A DNA stretch of 64,000 bases from assembly GCA_900542055.1 (NCBI GenBank), contig UQMA01000001.1, positions 8,079-72,078 on the forward strand, given 5' to 3'. Position numbers and translations under genes: made by a program. This DNA comes from an uncultured Azospirillum sp. GTDB taxonomy: Bacteria > Pseudomonadota > Alphaproteobacteria > RF32 > CAG-239. Of the stretch, positions 30,016 to 40,257 are shown one piece after another; the first letter of the stretch is position 1, and every line of letters begins with the position of its first letter. The notes under the pieces are model-generated. The model ran no database searches and had not been told where the DNA came from. It saw nothing but the letters and a program-made list of their open reading frames with translations.

Positions 30016-30450
30016 ATGAGTGGAGAAAATAGCAACAGTTGGCTAAAACGCTTTTTTAAAATTTTTCTGTTTTCACCGGTTAATATGGTGTTTATCGTCG
30101 CATTGCTTTGGTTTGCGGCAAAAGCTTATATTTGGGAACCCTCTTTTTCAAACAAAATAATTGTTTATGCTATACTCGGACTCTGGATTTTTTGGATTAT
30201 TGCAAGATATATGATAATTTTATTTGTGGCTTTAGCATTGCTTGCCGGAGGCTATTACGCCTATTACCAATATTCTCACCGTGAACAGCGAAAATGCGAA
30301 GAAACCGGCGGATATTGGAATAAAAAAACAAACACTTGCGAAGCCAAACGCACCATTTTGGAAAAAATAGACACGTTCATCAAAGAACAAATGGAAATAT
30401 ATTTTCCAACTAAAAAGAACAATGAAGATAAGAAAGAAACCGCTGAATAG
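30016..30450 (+). CDS. Hypothetical membrane protein (144 aa)
   Basis: Two or three TM helices plus a basic tail. Confidence 0.45.
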   Translation: MSGENSNSWLKRFFKIFLFSPVNMVFIVALLWFAAKAYIWEPSFSNKIIVYAILGLWIFWIIARYMIILFVALALLAGGYYAYYQYSHREQRKCEETGGYWNKKTNTCEAKRTILEKIDTFIKEQMEIYFPTKKNNEDKKETAE

Positions 30451-30465
30451 TTTTTCTACAACATT

Positions 30466-30497
30466 ATAAAAAAGCCTCTTAACGAGGCTTTTTTTGT
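30466..30497. terminator. Hairpin aaagcctc-ttaac-gaggcttt with T-run
   Basis: Between the 30016..30450 gene and tRNA-Arg. Confidence 0.7.
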
Positions 30498-30574
30498 TGG
30501 CGTACCCGAAGGGATTCGAACCCATGACCTTTGGCGTCGGAGGCCAACACTCTATCCAGCTGAGCTACGGGTAC
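30498..30574 (-). tRNA. tRNA-Arg (anticodon CCG)
   Basis: Reverse complement: GTACCCG acceptor, anticodon loop CTCCGAC, T-arm GGTTCGAATCC, CCA encoded. Confidence 0.85.
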
Positions 30575-30715
30575 ATATACTCTAAAACAAAAACAGTAAT
30601 AGCGCTAAAAAAAACAAAATGCTACATTTTTTTTAATTTATACAAATAATTCTTGACTTTTAGCCAGAAAATGGCTATTAACAGGCAACAAGTTTGTTTT
30701 TCAAGGATTGGAATA

Positions 30716-31081
30716 ATGGTAAAAAAATGTGATATTTCGGGCACCGGCGTTATGAGCGGTAACAATGTAAGCCACGCGAACAACCGCAGCCGTCGTCGTT
30801 TTATGCCCAACTTGCAAATTGTTTCACTGTTCAGTGAAGCTTTAAATAAATTTTTCAAATTGAAAATTTGCTCAAAAACTTTGCGTTCAATTGAACACAA
30901 TGGCGGTTTGGATGCTTATTTGGAATCTACTTCCTGCAACAAATTGACTCCTGAAGCTCAGAAAATCAAAAAATCTGTTGCCAAGAAAAAAGGCGTTGCA
31001 GAAAAAACTGTAGCTAAAGCTGCTCCTAAAGCTATACCGGCACGTGTTGCAAAAGTTGCCGCAAAAAATGCTGCTAAATAA
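30716..31081 (+). CDS. rpmB: 50S ribosomal protein L28 with a ~45-aa Lys/Ala-rich C-terminal extension
   Basis: MVKKCDISGTGVMSGNNVSHANNRSRRRFMPNLQ matches the L28 core. The tail is KKSVAKKKGVAEKTVAKAAPKAIPARVAKVAAKNAAK. Confidence 0.8.
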   Translation: MVKKCDISGTGVMSGNNVSHANNRSRRRFMPNLQIVSLFSEALNKFFKLKICSKTLRSIEHNGGLDAYLESTSCNKLTPEAQKIKKSVAKKKGVAEKTVAKAAPKAIPARVAKVAAKNAAK

Positions 31082-31101
31082 TCGCGCATTTAATTTGATA
31101 T

Positions 31102-31132
31102 AAAAAAGACCACCGTTAAGGTGGTTTTTTTA
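31102..31132 (+). terminator. Hairpin gaccacc-gttaa-ggtggtc with T-run, after rpmB
   Basis: Read directly from the sequence. Confidence 0.8.
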
Positions 31133-31138
31133 TGCTTT

Positions 31139-31168
31139 TTCAAAGCCCCTTTGAAAGGGGCTTTTATT
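31139..31168 (-). terminator. Hairpin aaagcccctt-tgaa-aggggcttt downstream of grpE
   Basis: Second hairpin back-to-back with the rpmB terminator. Confidence 0.6.
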
Positions 31169-31743
31169 TATTTGCTGACAACAACCATCGCTTCACGCAG
31201 CAAACGATCATTTATCATATATCCTGTCTGCAATTCGGCAATTATTGTTCCTGCCGGTTTGGTTTTGTCTTCGACTTCTTGCACCACTTGATGAAAAGAG
31301 GGATTAAAAACTTTTCCCATAGCCTCCATTTTGGTAACTCCGAATTTGCCCAAAACCTTCATCAACTCCGATTCTGTCAGCTCAACGCCTTTGCGGAACT
31401 GTTCCATTTGTTCAGCGTCGCTGTTTCCGGCTGCGTCAAGAGCACGTTGTAAATTATCGGCAACACTCAATAATTCTTTTGCAAAAGATGAAATTGCATA
31501 TTTGGAATTTTTTTCAATTTCTTGTGCACATCTTTTTTTGGTGTTCTCCAAATCGGCATAAGCGCGCAAATAATCTTCCTTCAATTTGGCGTTATCTTTT
31601 TGCAAAGCTTCAATATCCGCTTTCATATTGTCGGCAGCGGTATTTTCTTCTTGTTCTTCAAGAATTTCCGCTTCTGAATTTTCGGCAATATCCTCAATAT
31701 TTTCGATTTCGGAATTTGTATTGTTATTTTTATGTTTTTTCAT
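31168..31743 (-). CDS. grpE: Nucleotide exchange factor GrpE
   Basis: Acidic N-terminus, coiled coil, GrpE C-terminal beta-domain. Confidence 0.9.
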   Translation of the reverse strand: MKKHKNNNTNSEIENIEDIAENSEAEILEEQEENTAADNMKADIEALQKDNAKLKEDYLRAYADLENTKKRCAQEIEKNSKYAISSFAKELLSVADNLQRALDAAGNSDAEQMEQFRKGVELTESELMKVLGKFGVTKMEAMGKVFNPSFHQVVQEVEDKTKPAGTIIAELQTGYMINDRLLREAMVVVSK

Positions 31744-31920
31744 TTTTTCCTCTTTAACTTTTTAACAAAAGCTCATATATTTCACTTATATAAAATTTAG
31801 TAATTAAAGCCTGACAAGTCAAGTACAGAAGTTTTTATTTGCGTTTTAATCAATTCTTAAAATTGATGGCATAATCTTTATACAAATTGGCTTGATTATT
31901 TTGAAAATGAGAGAATTGTT

Positions 31921-33966
31921 ATGAATGCAAAAATTGTTTGCACCCCAAAAGAAAGCGGATACAAACCGTTACCTAAAGATTTTAACAAAAAGAAAAACTT
32001 TATGGCTTTTGGCGCTGTTAACAATCCCATTTTAGCTGAAATTCAAAATCTCGGACGGACACAATGTCTGGGCAAAAATGATTGGCCTGAAATTTCAAAC
32101 ATAAATGCATGGATGATTACTGCCGAAACCGCCACATTTATGAAATGGGGCGGCTTGGGTATGGTTGCATCAGAACTGCCCGAAGCCTTTAACACGACTT
32201 TTTCAAAAGAAAAAGACAAAATATCCATCATAACACCGATGTATACAGGAAATACCGGCAAAAAAGCAGCCTGTTTCGACGGCAAAATTTATTTCGGCGC
32301 CGAAAAACAAGATATAAAGCTGAAAAAAATAATCGGACTTAAAGTTCCTTTTATCGGTCAAAGAAACACCTTAATCAAACATCATGTCGACATTTATAAA
32401 GGCACATACGGCAATGCCGATTATATTTTTTTGCAAAACGAGCGTTTTTTTTCGATAACCCCTCATCCTGATAACAATCCGGCACAAGACGGCTGCTACA
32501 TTCTTAACAGCAACAATATCAACGAGGTTGAGAGATTTGCATTTTTTTCAAAAGCTGTATTTTGTTTGTTGGAAAAACTGACTGAAAAAAAATTGCCGGA
32601 ACTTTCGTTGCCTAATATCCTTGTAGCCAATGACTGGCATAGCGGCGCTTTAGCAGGACTGCTCAAATATTTCACGCTTGCACGCGTTGAAGAAGGTTCG
32701 ATGCCTATGGAGCAAGCCGATGTTTTAAGAAAACTGCCGATAATCCATTTAGCCCACCATTTGGGATATCAGGGATGGGACTACAACAACACGTCGCGCA
32801 TTTTAAACTCTTTATACGAAAATTTAGCAACATTGGTTTTCAAAAATGCCAAAGCCATAAAAAACAGCAATCCGCGCGCTTCAAACACGCTGATTGTTTA
32901 TGACTGCTACAATCAGGCATCATGCAATTTGCATTTGGCAGACAGAGTTGTCACAGTTTCAAAAAACTATATGGAAGAAGTTTCCAAAGAATTGGATTTT
33001 GGATTTGATTTTCGCGATATTCTTAAAATTCGCAAAGATCACCGCAACTTCTTCGGCATTGTAAATGGTTATGATAAAAAACTTATTTCTCCCAATCAGC
33101 AAAGAATTGAAAAATTAAACAAATATTTTGCACCTTCTGATTTTGTTTTTTATGATGAAAACAATTTGAAAGGCAAACTTGAAAACAAAAAAGAATTTAT
33201 TCGTCTGTTGTCCAAAATTGCTTCTGATGACGATTTCAAACAAAAAGTTATCCCGTTGGTAGACATTTACAAATTTAACGACATATCCTCTGCTGTTAAA
33301 AAAGCCGCCAAAACGCCTATTATTTGCGCCACCAGCCGCCTAGTTGAACAAAAAGGATATGACATTGCGGCACAGGCAATTCTCAATCTGGCTGAGCGTT
33401 TTACAAACCTTAAAAATTTTGAAACCCCGATTTTCATCTTAGGCGGAGCCGGCGATGCCAAATATTTTGAAAATCTGACAAGCCTAAAAGATAAAATCGC
33501 GGCACTTAATCCGGATTATGGTAAAAGAATTTTTGTTTTCCGCGGCTATCAGGACGATTTCGCTTATGCTATACAATTGGCATCTGATTTTTATATGATG
33601 CCATGCCGTTTTGAACCTTGCGGCTTGACGCAAATGGAAGCCATGGCCAAAGGCGCTCTGCCTATTGCCATGTCAACCGGCGGATTGGTAGACACGATTG
33701 ATGACGGCGTTGACGGTTTTCGCACTGAAGTATTTTTTTCACAGCAAAAACGACGTGTCTACGGCAACAATTTAGCGGCGCAGCGGCTTAAAAATAATGT
33801 TAATGCTTATGCCGAAACATTGGAAAAAGCTTTGGAAATATTTTATCGGCACCCCGATAAAATCGCCCGCATGATCTATAACGCCATGCACAAAGATTTC
33901 AGCTGGAACGTTGAAGGCGGCAGCATCTATAAATACCGCCAGCTTTTCAAAACCGGCCACATCTAA
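31921..33966 (+). CDS. GT5-family (glycogen/starch-synthase-like) glycosyltransferase, unusually long at 681 aa
   Basis: N-terminal KWGGLGMVASELP, compared with GlgA KTGGLADV. C-terminal CRFEPCGLTQMEAMAKGALPIAMSTGGLVDTI. Confidence 0.7.
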   Translation: MNAKIVCTPKESGYKPLPKDFNKKKNFMAFGAVNNPILAEIQNLGRTQCLGKNDWPEISNINAWMITAETATFMKWGGLGMVASELPEAFNTTFSKEKDKISIITPMYTGNTGKKAACFDGKIYFGAEKQDIKLKKIIGLKVPFIGQRNTLIKHHVDIYKGTYGNADYIFLQNERFFSITPHPDNNPAQDGCYILNSNNINEVERFAFFSKAVFCLLEKLTEKKLPELSLPNILVANDWHSGALAGLLKYFTLARVEEGSMPMEQADVLRKLPIIHLAHHLGYQGWDYNNTSRILNSLYENLATLVFKNAKAIKNSNPRASNTLIVYDCYNQASCNLHLADRVVTVSKNYMEEVSKELDFGFDFRDILKIRKDHRNFFGIVNGYDKKLISPNQQRIEKLNKYFAPSDFVFYDENNLKGKLENKKEFIRLLSKIASDDDFKQKVIPLVDIYKFNDISSAVKKAAKTPIICATSRLVEQKGYDIAAQAILNLAERFTNLKNFETPIFILGGAGDAKYFENLTSLKDKIAALNPDYGKRIFVFRGYQDDFAYAIQLASDFYMMPCRFEPCGLTQMEAMAKGALPIAMSTGGLVDTIDDGVDGFRTEVFFSQQKRRVYGNNLAAQRLKNNVNAYAETLEKALEIFYRHPDKIARMIYNAMHKDFSWNVEGGSIYKYRQLFKTGHI

Positions 33967-33976
33967 AAGATTTGAT

Positions 33977-34016
33977 AAAAAAAACACCTTCCGCACAAAC
34001 GAAAGGTGTTTTTTTA
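33977..34016. terminator. Hairpin aacaccttc-cgcacaaac-gaaaggtgtt with flanking A-run and T-run
   Basis: Between the GT5 gene (+) and the 34018..34230 gene (-). Confidence 0.7.
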
Positions 34017-34017
34017 A

Positions 34018-34230
34018 TTATTTTTTCTTAACCGGCATTATCGCCATAACTTCATGAACTTCATCATCCACAGTCTGCTTTTTATAATCTTCCTGAGACA
34101 CAGAGTTTTTTTCTTCTTCTGTTACAGAAGTTTTAACATTTTGTTCCTGCTGTGAAACATTTTCTTCAGCCGCATTTGCCATTCCTAATGTTAAAACGCA
34201 TGCCAGCATCAAAGCCACAAAAAATTTCAT
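34018..34230 (-). CDS. Small secreted acidic protein (70 aa)
   Basis: Signal peptide MKFFVALMLACVLTLGMANA. Confidence 0.45.
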   Translation of the reverse strand: MKFFVALMLACVLTLGMANAAEENVSQQEQNVKTSVTEEEKNSVSQEDYKKQTVDDEVHEVMAIMPVKKK

Positions 34231-34242
34231 TTCTTATCTCCT

Positions 34243-34280
34243 TATTTTATTTTGAAAAACAGAAAGACCCGCTAAACGGA
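34243..34280 (-). terminator. Hairpin cagaaagaccc...gggtctttctg with T-run on the minus strand
   Basis: Downstream of the lipoprotein gene. Confidence 0.6.
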
Positions 34281-34309
34281 TCTTTCTGTTTTATAAACAC
34301 TAAAAGTAA

Positions 34310-35614
34310 TCACTTCTTGCCATAGTAAAGAACATAGCCAATTGCAGAATAGACGTAAGAAATCTTTCCGAAGCCGATTGTCGAAACAAATTGCAAGTCC
34401 ATTTGCTCATGATTTTCCTGCGAATACCAATCTTTTTTCAAAGAAACTGCTATATCTGCTCCAGAATATTGCAATGCCGGCATTTCGTATTCAAAACCAT
34501 TTTTTGCATAAACAGCTTTTTCATACATAACACCAAACACGTAGTTTACGCCCTCATTGGCAGTGCTTTTAACATTCAGGCGGTATATTCGCTCATACGT
34601 ATTTATGGTCATGTCCCCCTCAGTTCTACTCTTGTCCAGAGCATCGCTGTATTCAGGACTGCCGATAACAAGATCCGCAAAGGCAATTTTGCTTTTAGCC
34701 CCAAGTGAAAAATTTACGTAAGAATATTCTGAAGGCATATTCTTAAGCAACACTTCCTTAGTTACGGTTTTAGTTCCGCTTTCCGACCAAGTTTCTTCAA
34801 TCTTTATCCAAGATTTTGAAACACCGGTCTTCTTTTCAAGATCATACGAAACAAGCTCAACACCTGAATCAACAACCTTTTGCGAAACCAAATAATCATC
34901 CTTAAGTTCTTTCTTAAGAACGACTTCGGCATTAACAGCATATTCTTTGCCGTTAAACACAACTGTAAGCGAATGTTTATACAGCTTTTGCAAGTAGTTT
35001 TTACCATTTTCTTTACTATTGTCCAAATCAGATAAACTGCCGCCGTTATCCCTTATTTCAGAATATTTATGATAAGGCATAACAACTTTGGTAACACCAT
35101 CGTTATAGACAGCCACCTGATAAGGCAACACAAATTCAATGGCAAACGCACCACGGTTAACCGTGTACACCAACGCGGAATCAATAACCGACACAAATTT
35201 TTGAACGGCGTGTTTGTTTACAGCCAATTCTCGATAGTCCGTAGCGGACACACCATCCGACAACTCAAAGCTTTTCACCTCGAAAATCGACGAATAGTTT
35301 TCAATGTTGTTAGTCAGCTGAACTGAAATTTTATTTCCTTCAGCAGAGCTGCTCGCTCTGGTTTTTGGCTGAGCTTTAGAAGTGCTGCCGTCGGCAAAAA
35401 GCTGCGACACAACAATCCAAGACTCATAACTCAAGGAAGTTCCTTCAGTTCCGTTACTTACTGCAGTTACCTCTTCAGCGGTACCTGGGTCAACCACTTC
35501 GCTTTTGATCACCCGGTCAGGATCTGCGAAAAACTCACTTTCTTTGCTGCAAGCAACAAAGAGCGTCATCACTGTGCTGAGCACTAATGCTGACAAGATA
35601 CTTTTTGTCTTCAT
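34310..35614 (-). CDS. Lipoprotein, hypothetical (434 aa)
   Basis: Lipobox LFVAC|SK. No family recognised. Confidence 0.55.
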   Translation of the reverse strand: MKTKSILSALVLSTVMTLFVACSKESEFFADPDRVIKSEVVDPGTAEEVTAVSNGTEGTSLSYESWIVVSQLFADGSTSKAQPKTRASSSAEGNKISVQLTNNIENYSSIFEVKSFELSDGVSATDYRELAVNKHAVQKFVSVIDSALVYTVNRGAFAIEFVLPYQVAVYNDGVTKVVMPYHKYSEIRDNGGSLSDLDNSKENGKNYLQKLYKHSLTVVFNGKEYAVNAEVVLKKELKDDYLVSQKVVDSGVELVSYDLEKKTGVSKSWIKIEETWSESGTKTVTKEVLLKNMPSEYSYVNFSLGAKSKIAFADLVIGSPEYSDALDKSRTEGDMTINTYERIYRLNVKSTANEGVNYVFGVMYEKAVYAKNGFEYEMPALQYSGADIAVSLKKDWYSQENHEQMDLQFVSTIGFGKISYVYSAIGYVLYYGKK

Positions 35615-35760
35615 AATTTTTTTAATTAAAAGGATTAATATATGTTAACTGTTTTAACTCAAACAAATCTTCAACAAAAAATCATCCGAATTTTCAGGGC
35701 AAAACCTGACATCAATAATAGTGTTTATATTAATAATTCTAAATAATAATTTGTTGAATT

Positions 35761-38357
35761 TTAGTAAGCTAATCCCATCAAATTGGCATTATAGCAGCCG
35801 GTGCACAGCGTTGAGCCATTCCAGTTAGGATCAAAATCACTATTGCAATCTCCTTTGCATTTTCCTCCCGTGCTGCATGGATTATAAGTATAATTATACT
35901 TATCGAATTTATAATACCAAATTCCGTTAATAGCCCAATCATCCTCCATTTTATGATAATTGGAACCAAGCCTCAGCAGTCCACCGTTATCACGGTGTCT
36001 AATAGCGCCTCTTCCGCTATCAAAAGAAAAGCTTTTTCCTCCAATTTCTGCTTTACCGCCCCACATGCAAATAAGAGTTTTTGTACTGTTTTCCATTTTA
36101 ATAGGAGCCGCAATAACATTGCTGTTTTCTATATACATTTTCACACCTTCATTAAGCCAACTTGGTTCGTTTATGGTCAAAGTAGACGAATTTCTTACAT
36201 GCACTCCGCGAGCTCTCCATAATACTTCTCCTGAATGTTCAACTGTAGACGCATCACTCAATCCGCCAAACCTGAAATAACTAGCATCTCTTGCCCCGGA
36301 ACCATGTGTTCTTATTGTTGTCGCCGTAATTTCAGAACCAGACAAACCAACATTTATAGAACTCCAAAAATCTCCTACCGATGAATTCGTATTAGCCATT
36401 TTGGAATCAATAAACAATACCGTGCCATCGTCACCATCCCAATTAACATTCTGCCCCCAGTATATGTTACCATTGTACTCGCCATTCGTGTTAATTGTTG
36501 CATTTTTGAATATAACAGTACCGCCAATTCTGAAATTAAAAGGTGCTGAATATGCCTTTTTACCTGTTATCGGATCATTATAACCCTCACCAAAAAGGCT
36601 ATTAGTTAAAAATCCTATTCTTCCTGATAAGGTCAGAATTTTTCTCGCATTTACGATAATTTCATTCACCCAATCGCCATGAAGAAACTTATGATAGCCT
36701 TCATCTCCAACTTTCACCTTTTCAGGATATAGAACTGAAATAATACCAACATTGTGCCATTCATGGTCGGCGTCTATAATAAAGTTTTCGGCAAAACCGC
36801 CTTGTTTGTCCTTTGTATTAGTTGCATAAAACTCTATCGATATATCAGAAAGATCACGATTCAAAAACGTATTATCTTTATTGATGTTATTGCCGTTAAA
36901 TTTCATTACCGGACGGTCCCAAATATAACCTTTATCGCTGGAGTCCCTGCATCCTGCAAACATCAAGCTACCATCGGAATATTTCATATTTGTATTGCCC
37001 AACGCCCACATGCCATTGATCGAAGAATAAGAAACTTTATTGCCGATATGTTCCCAAGAACCCCTGTTGGTATTCATAGAAGATTTAGGCAATGTTATAT
37101 TTTCCGTAATATACAAATGTTTGTTGCCGCTGCTGTCTGTTCTCACAAAACCGACCACGCCGCCTTTATCACCAACCATTGATGTGTCTTGCGTTAAATA
37201 TCCTTTTGAAAAAGCTCTGCGCACTTCCTGTTCGCATGGAAGCTTACAGGTGTAATAATACAATGCGTTATCATCATTCCCCGGACATACCTCATAGGTT
37301 CCGACGAAACCATCCACTGTACTGCAGCTTGCGCCTTCTCTCGGCTTTGTAGACATTGTGCTGGTATAACCATGGCCTACACACCAACTAGCCTTATCAA
37401 ACACGCATTTATACAATGCCGGATTTGTCGGATAAGGACACTGTTCACCCAAAATACAATTATAAGAAGTTAAATATTCATATTTCTTCGTATCAGGATT
37501 ATACACTTGATTTTTTGTTCTGCAATTATGCTGCATTGAGCAATCGGTATGCTGAAAACCTGTGTGCTTTTTGTTGGCTACAGTGGTTCCCAAGCTATCT
37601 CCGTCTTCTTCTTCATCATAGGTTCGGCAGGCTTCTTCAGCTGTTTTGCATCTGGAATAATATTCGCGCTGCGAATTACTGTCTATACAAGTCGACGCGC
37701 CGATAGCCGGACCATATTCACAGCTGGCATGCTCATAAACCGCTCTGTCGCAATAACATTTGCTATAAGTCTCCCCAGCATCATCTGTGCATGACGCCGA
37801 CAGTGTTTGATTATTTTTACACTTGTTGCCTTTATCAGTATAAATAGCTCTGTCGCATGTACAGGTTTTATACTTAATGGTATCTGTAGTTCCATCATTC
37901 AACATACAATAACCGCCGCCCGGCTGGCAATTGTTTTGCTTGGCATAATCCGAAGTTACTCCGTACTCATCAGGACATTTGCAAGCATAACGGGTGCCGC
38001 ATTTGCCAAATATTGTTTGTCCCTTAATTACTCCGCCGACAGCAGTTGTATCTACTTCCAAAGGATAGATGCAGCCTTCATAGCGAAATTTCGGAGCGCA
38101 GCATTTTATATAAGAGCTCTTGTAAGGACAGTTATATTTGAAATAACCGTCTAAGCAGGATGTTGTTTTGCTGTCAGCATAGCCCTCGTTTTCACAAGCG
38201 GTATCATTCGGATCAACGAGGGGATTTGCAGGAAAATTGCCGCCGCTGCCGCAATTTTCATCGGTAGCGAAGCAAACTCTAGCCTGCGAATCGGTACAAA
38301 AAAGCGCACCGCATAGCACAGCAGTGAGCATAAATATAGCAAAATTACGTGTTTTCA
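35761..38357 (-). CDS. Large secreted Cys-rich protein (about 865 aa). N-terminal ~400 aa is dense in Cys; C-terminal half is Gly/Asn/Ser-rich and beta-rich
   Basis: Signal peptide MKTRNFAIFMLTAVLCGALFC. Recurring CxC and CxxC pairs. No recognisable catalytic motif. The ORF-track start at 38415 is an extension. Confidence 0.6.
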
Positions 38358-38545
38358 TTGCTCTTCCCCTTAAAAAGCTTCTTACACTTATGTAAATGTA
38401 AAATAATAAAAACAAAGCGCACTGCGGCTTTGCGGCACTAATCGACAGATAACCCCCTATCGATTGTTTAAAAGTTTAACATACAAAAAAATAAAACACA
38501 ACAATTTTTGCGCGTTTTTTATAAATCATCAGTAAACTGACAGCT

Positions 38546-39247
38546 CTAACCCAATTTTTTGAAAAAGTCTTTTCTTTCCCGCCGCTGCATAGACCACAAA
38601 TTACCCCAGCCGTTGACCGGCTGAAATTCATTTTTGCACTTAAAATCAAAATTTCTGCTCAAAAACAAAGAAGTCGTTTTAGTGTAACAGTTCATCGGGC
38701 AAAAGCCGAAAAAGTCGACTTGCAGCAAATTTGCCGATTTTAGCGCCGCCGCTGCACGGCGATATTCCTCGCTTGTATTTATTCTGTCGCTGTCGTCCAA
38801 AATAATCATCCCGCCTTCAGCCAGAGCTTTAACCGCGGCTTCAGCGCACCACGCGCGGCGTTTGCCGTCAACAACAATCACATCATATGCCTGATTGTCC
38901 TCAAAAATGGCGTTTTCATATTCTTCGCCTTCATCGCGCAGCCTAATTTCAAAGTTGTCATACTTAAACAGCTCTGACCACTTTTTAAACCAATCTTCCT
39001 TATCTTCTATACTAGTCACGCTCAAAGCACGCTGCGCCCAAAAAGCCGATGAATAACCGCAGCCGTATTCAAAAATTTTTTTATCGGTATAATCAAACTG
39101 CGACAAATATTCTATTGCCGGATAAGTGTACCACGGTATCGGATTTCCATCACGGTCAAGACAAAGCTTTTCATCAATGCTTTTTTCCATGGCAAAATCT
39201 TTTTGCCACATTTCGATAAACTTTTGAAACTTTTCGCTATACATCAC
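38546..39247 (-). CDS. Class I SAM-dependent methyltransferase
   Basis: Motif I EYGCGYSSAFWA, acidic motif II region VIVVDG. 4-nt overlap with holA. Confidence 0.6.
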   Translation of the reverse strand: MMYSEKFQKFIEMWQKDFAMEKSIDEKLCLDRDGNPIPWYTYPAIEYLSQFDYTDKKIFEYGCGYSSAFWAQRALSVTSIEDKEDWFKKWSELFKYDNFEIRLRDEGEEYENAIFEDNQAYDVIVVDGKRRAWCAEAAVKALAEGGMIILDDSDRINTSEEYRRAAAALKSANLLQVDFFGFCPMNCYTKTTSLFLSRNFDFKCKNEFQPVNGWGNLWSMQRRERKDFFKKLG

Positions 39248-40257
39248 ATTTGCCTTTTTGCAGCGCCCGACAACCGCAGCAACGCCATACTGACAATATC
39301 TTCAGCCGGCATCCCTGTGGTTTTGCAGTCTTTTTCCGCATCATAAAGCAACTCGAGCGCACGCAGAATCTTGTCTTTATTCCACAGACGCAGCTGCTGC
39401 TTAAACGCCTCAACTCTATAAAAAATAAGTCTGGGGGTTAAACGCTGCAAAGCTTTATCCAAACCTTCGCCTTTTTCGATTCCCGCTTGGCAAACCAACA
39501 ATTTCATAACATGATAGCTGAGCGCTCTGATAACTGAAACCGGTTCATTGCCTTCATTTATGTATTTATTATAAAGAGTGTCCGCTTTAACTTTATCGCC
39601 TTCCATAACAGCATAACAAATATCATCGGTGCTGGAATCCGACTGATCGCTTATAACTTTCATTATAATCGCCGGCGTTACTTCTTTGGCCTCTCCCATA
39701 TAAGTTTTGAGCTTTTCAAGCTCTGCCATATTAATCATTCGGTCGCCGGACAAGCGAGAACACAGCAGCTGAATGGCAGCAGGTTCAAAAGTGAGACCCA
39801 TTGTTTTCAATACGTTGTATATATCTTCGTTTTTATCTTCATAGCAGGGTAGACAGCCCATGTCTTCGCTGTCTTCCGCCAATTTGACCAATGAAGATTT
39901 TTTGTTCAAATCATTGGCATAAAGCAGCAGCAAATTCTCGGAATTGCTGCCGTCCAACATTTTACGCAAATCTTTTGTAAGCGAATTTCCGGCATCGCGA
40001 ACCATAATTACCCGCCGACCGCCCATAAGAGATTGCCCGTTATATTCTCCATACAATTTTCCGAAATCAGCCGCCACATCGTCACCGGACAATTCGGCAA
40101 CCTGAAAAGCATCATTCAAATCAGCGCAAACGGAACGGGCTATTTTTTTAACCGTGTCTAACACCAAACCATCATTGCTGCCGTAAACCAAAAATGCTTT
40201 TATTTTTTCGTCGGGGCGTTTGATATAATTTTCAATCTGAACCGATTTAAAAATCAT
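39244..40257 (-). CDS. holA: DNA polymerase III delta subunit
   Basis: 337 aa. leuS-lptE-holA synteny. N-terminal AFLVYGSNDGLV. Confidence 0.75.
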   Translation of the reverse strand: MIFKSVQIENYIKRPDEKIKAFLVYGSNDGLVLDTVKKIARSVCADLNDAFQVAELSGDDVAADFGKLYGEYNGQSLMGGRRVIMVRDAGNSLTKDLRKMLDGSNSENLLLLYANDLNKKSSLVKLAEDSEDMGCLPCYEDKNEDIYNVLKTMGLTFEPAAIQLLCSRLSGDRMINMAELEKLKTYMGEAKEVTPAIIMKVISDQSDSSTDDICYAVMEGDKVKADTLYNKYINEGNEPVSVIRALSYHVMKLLVCQAGIEKGEGLDKALQRLTPRLIFYRVEAFKQQLRLWNKDKILRALELLYDAEKDCKTTGMPAEDIVSMALLRLSGAAKRQM

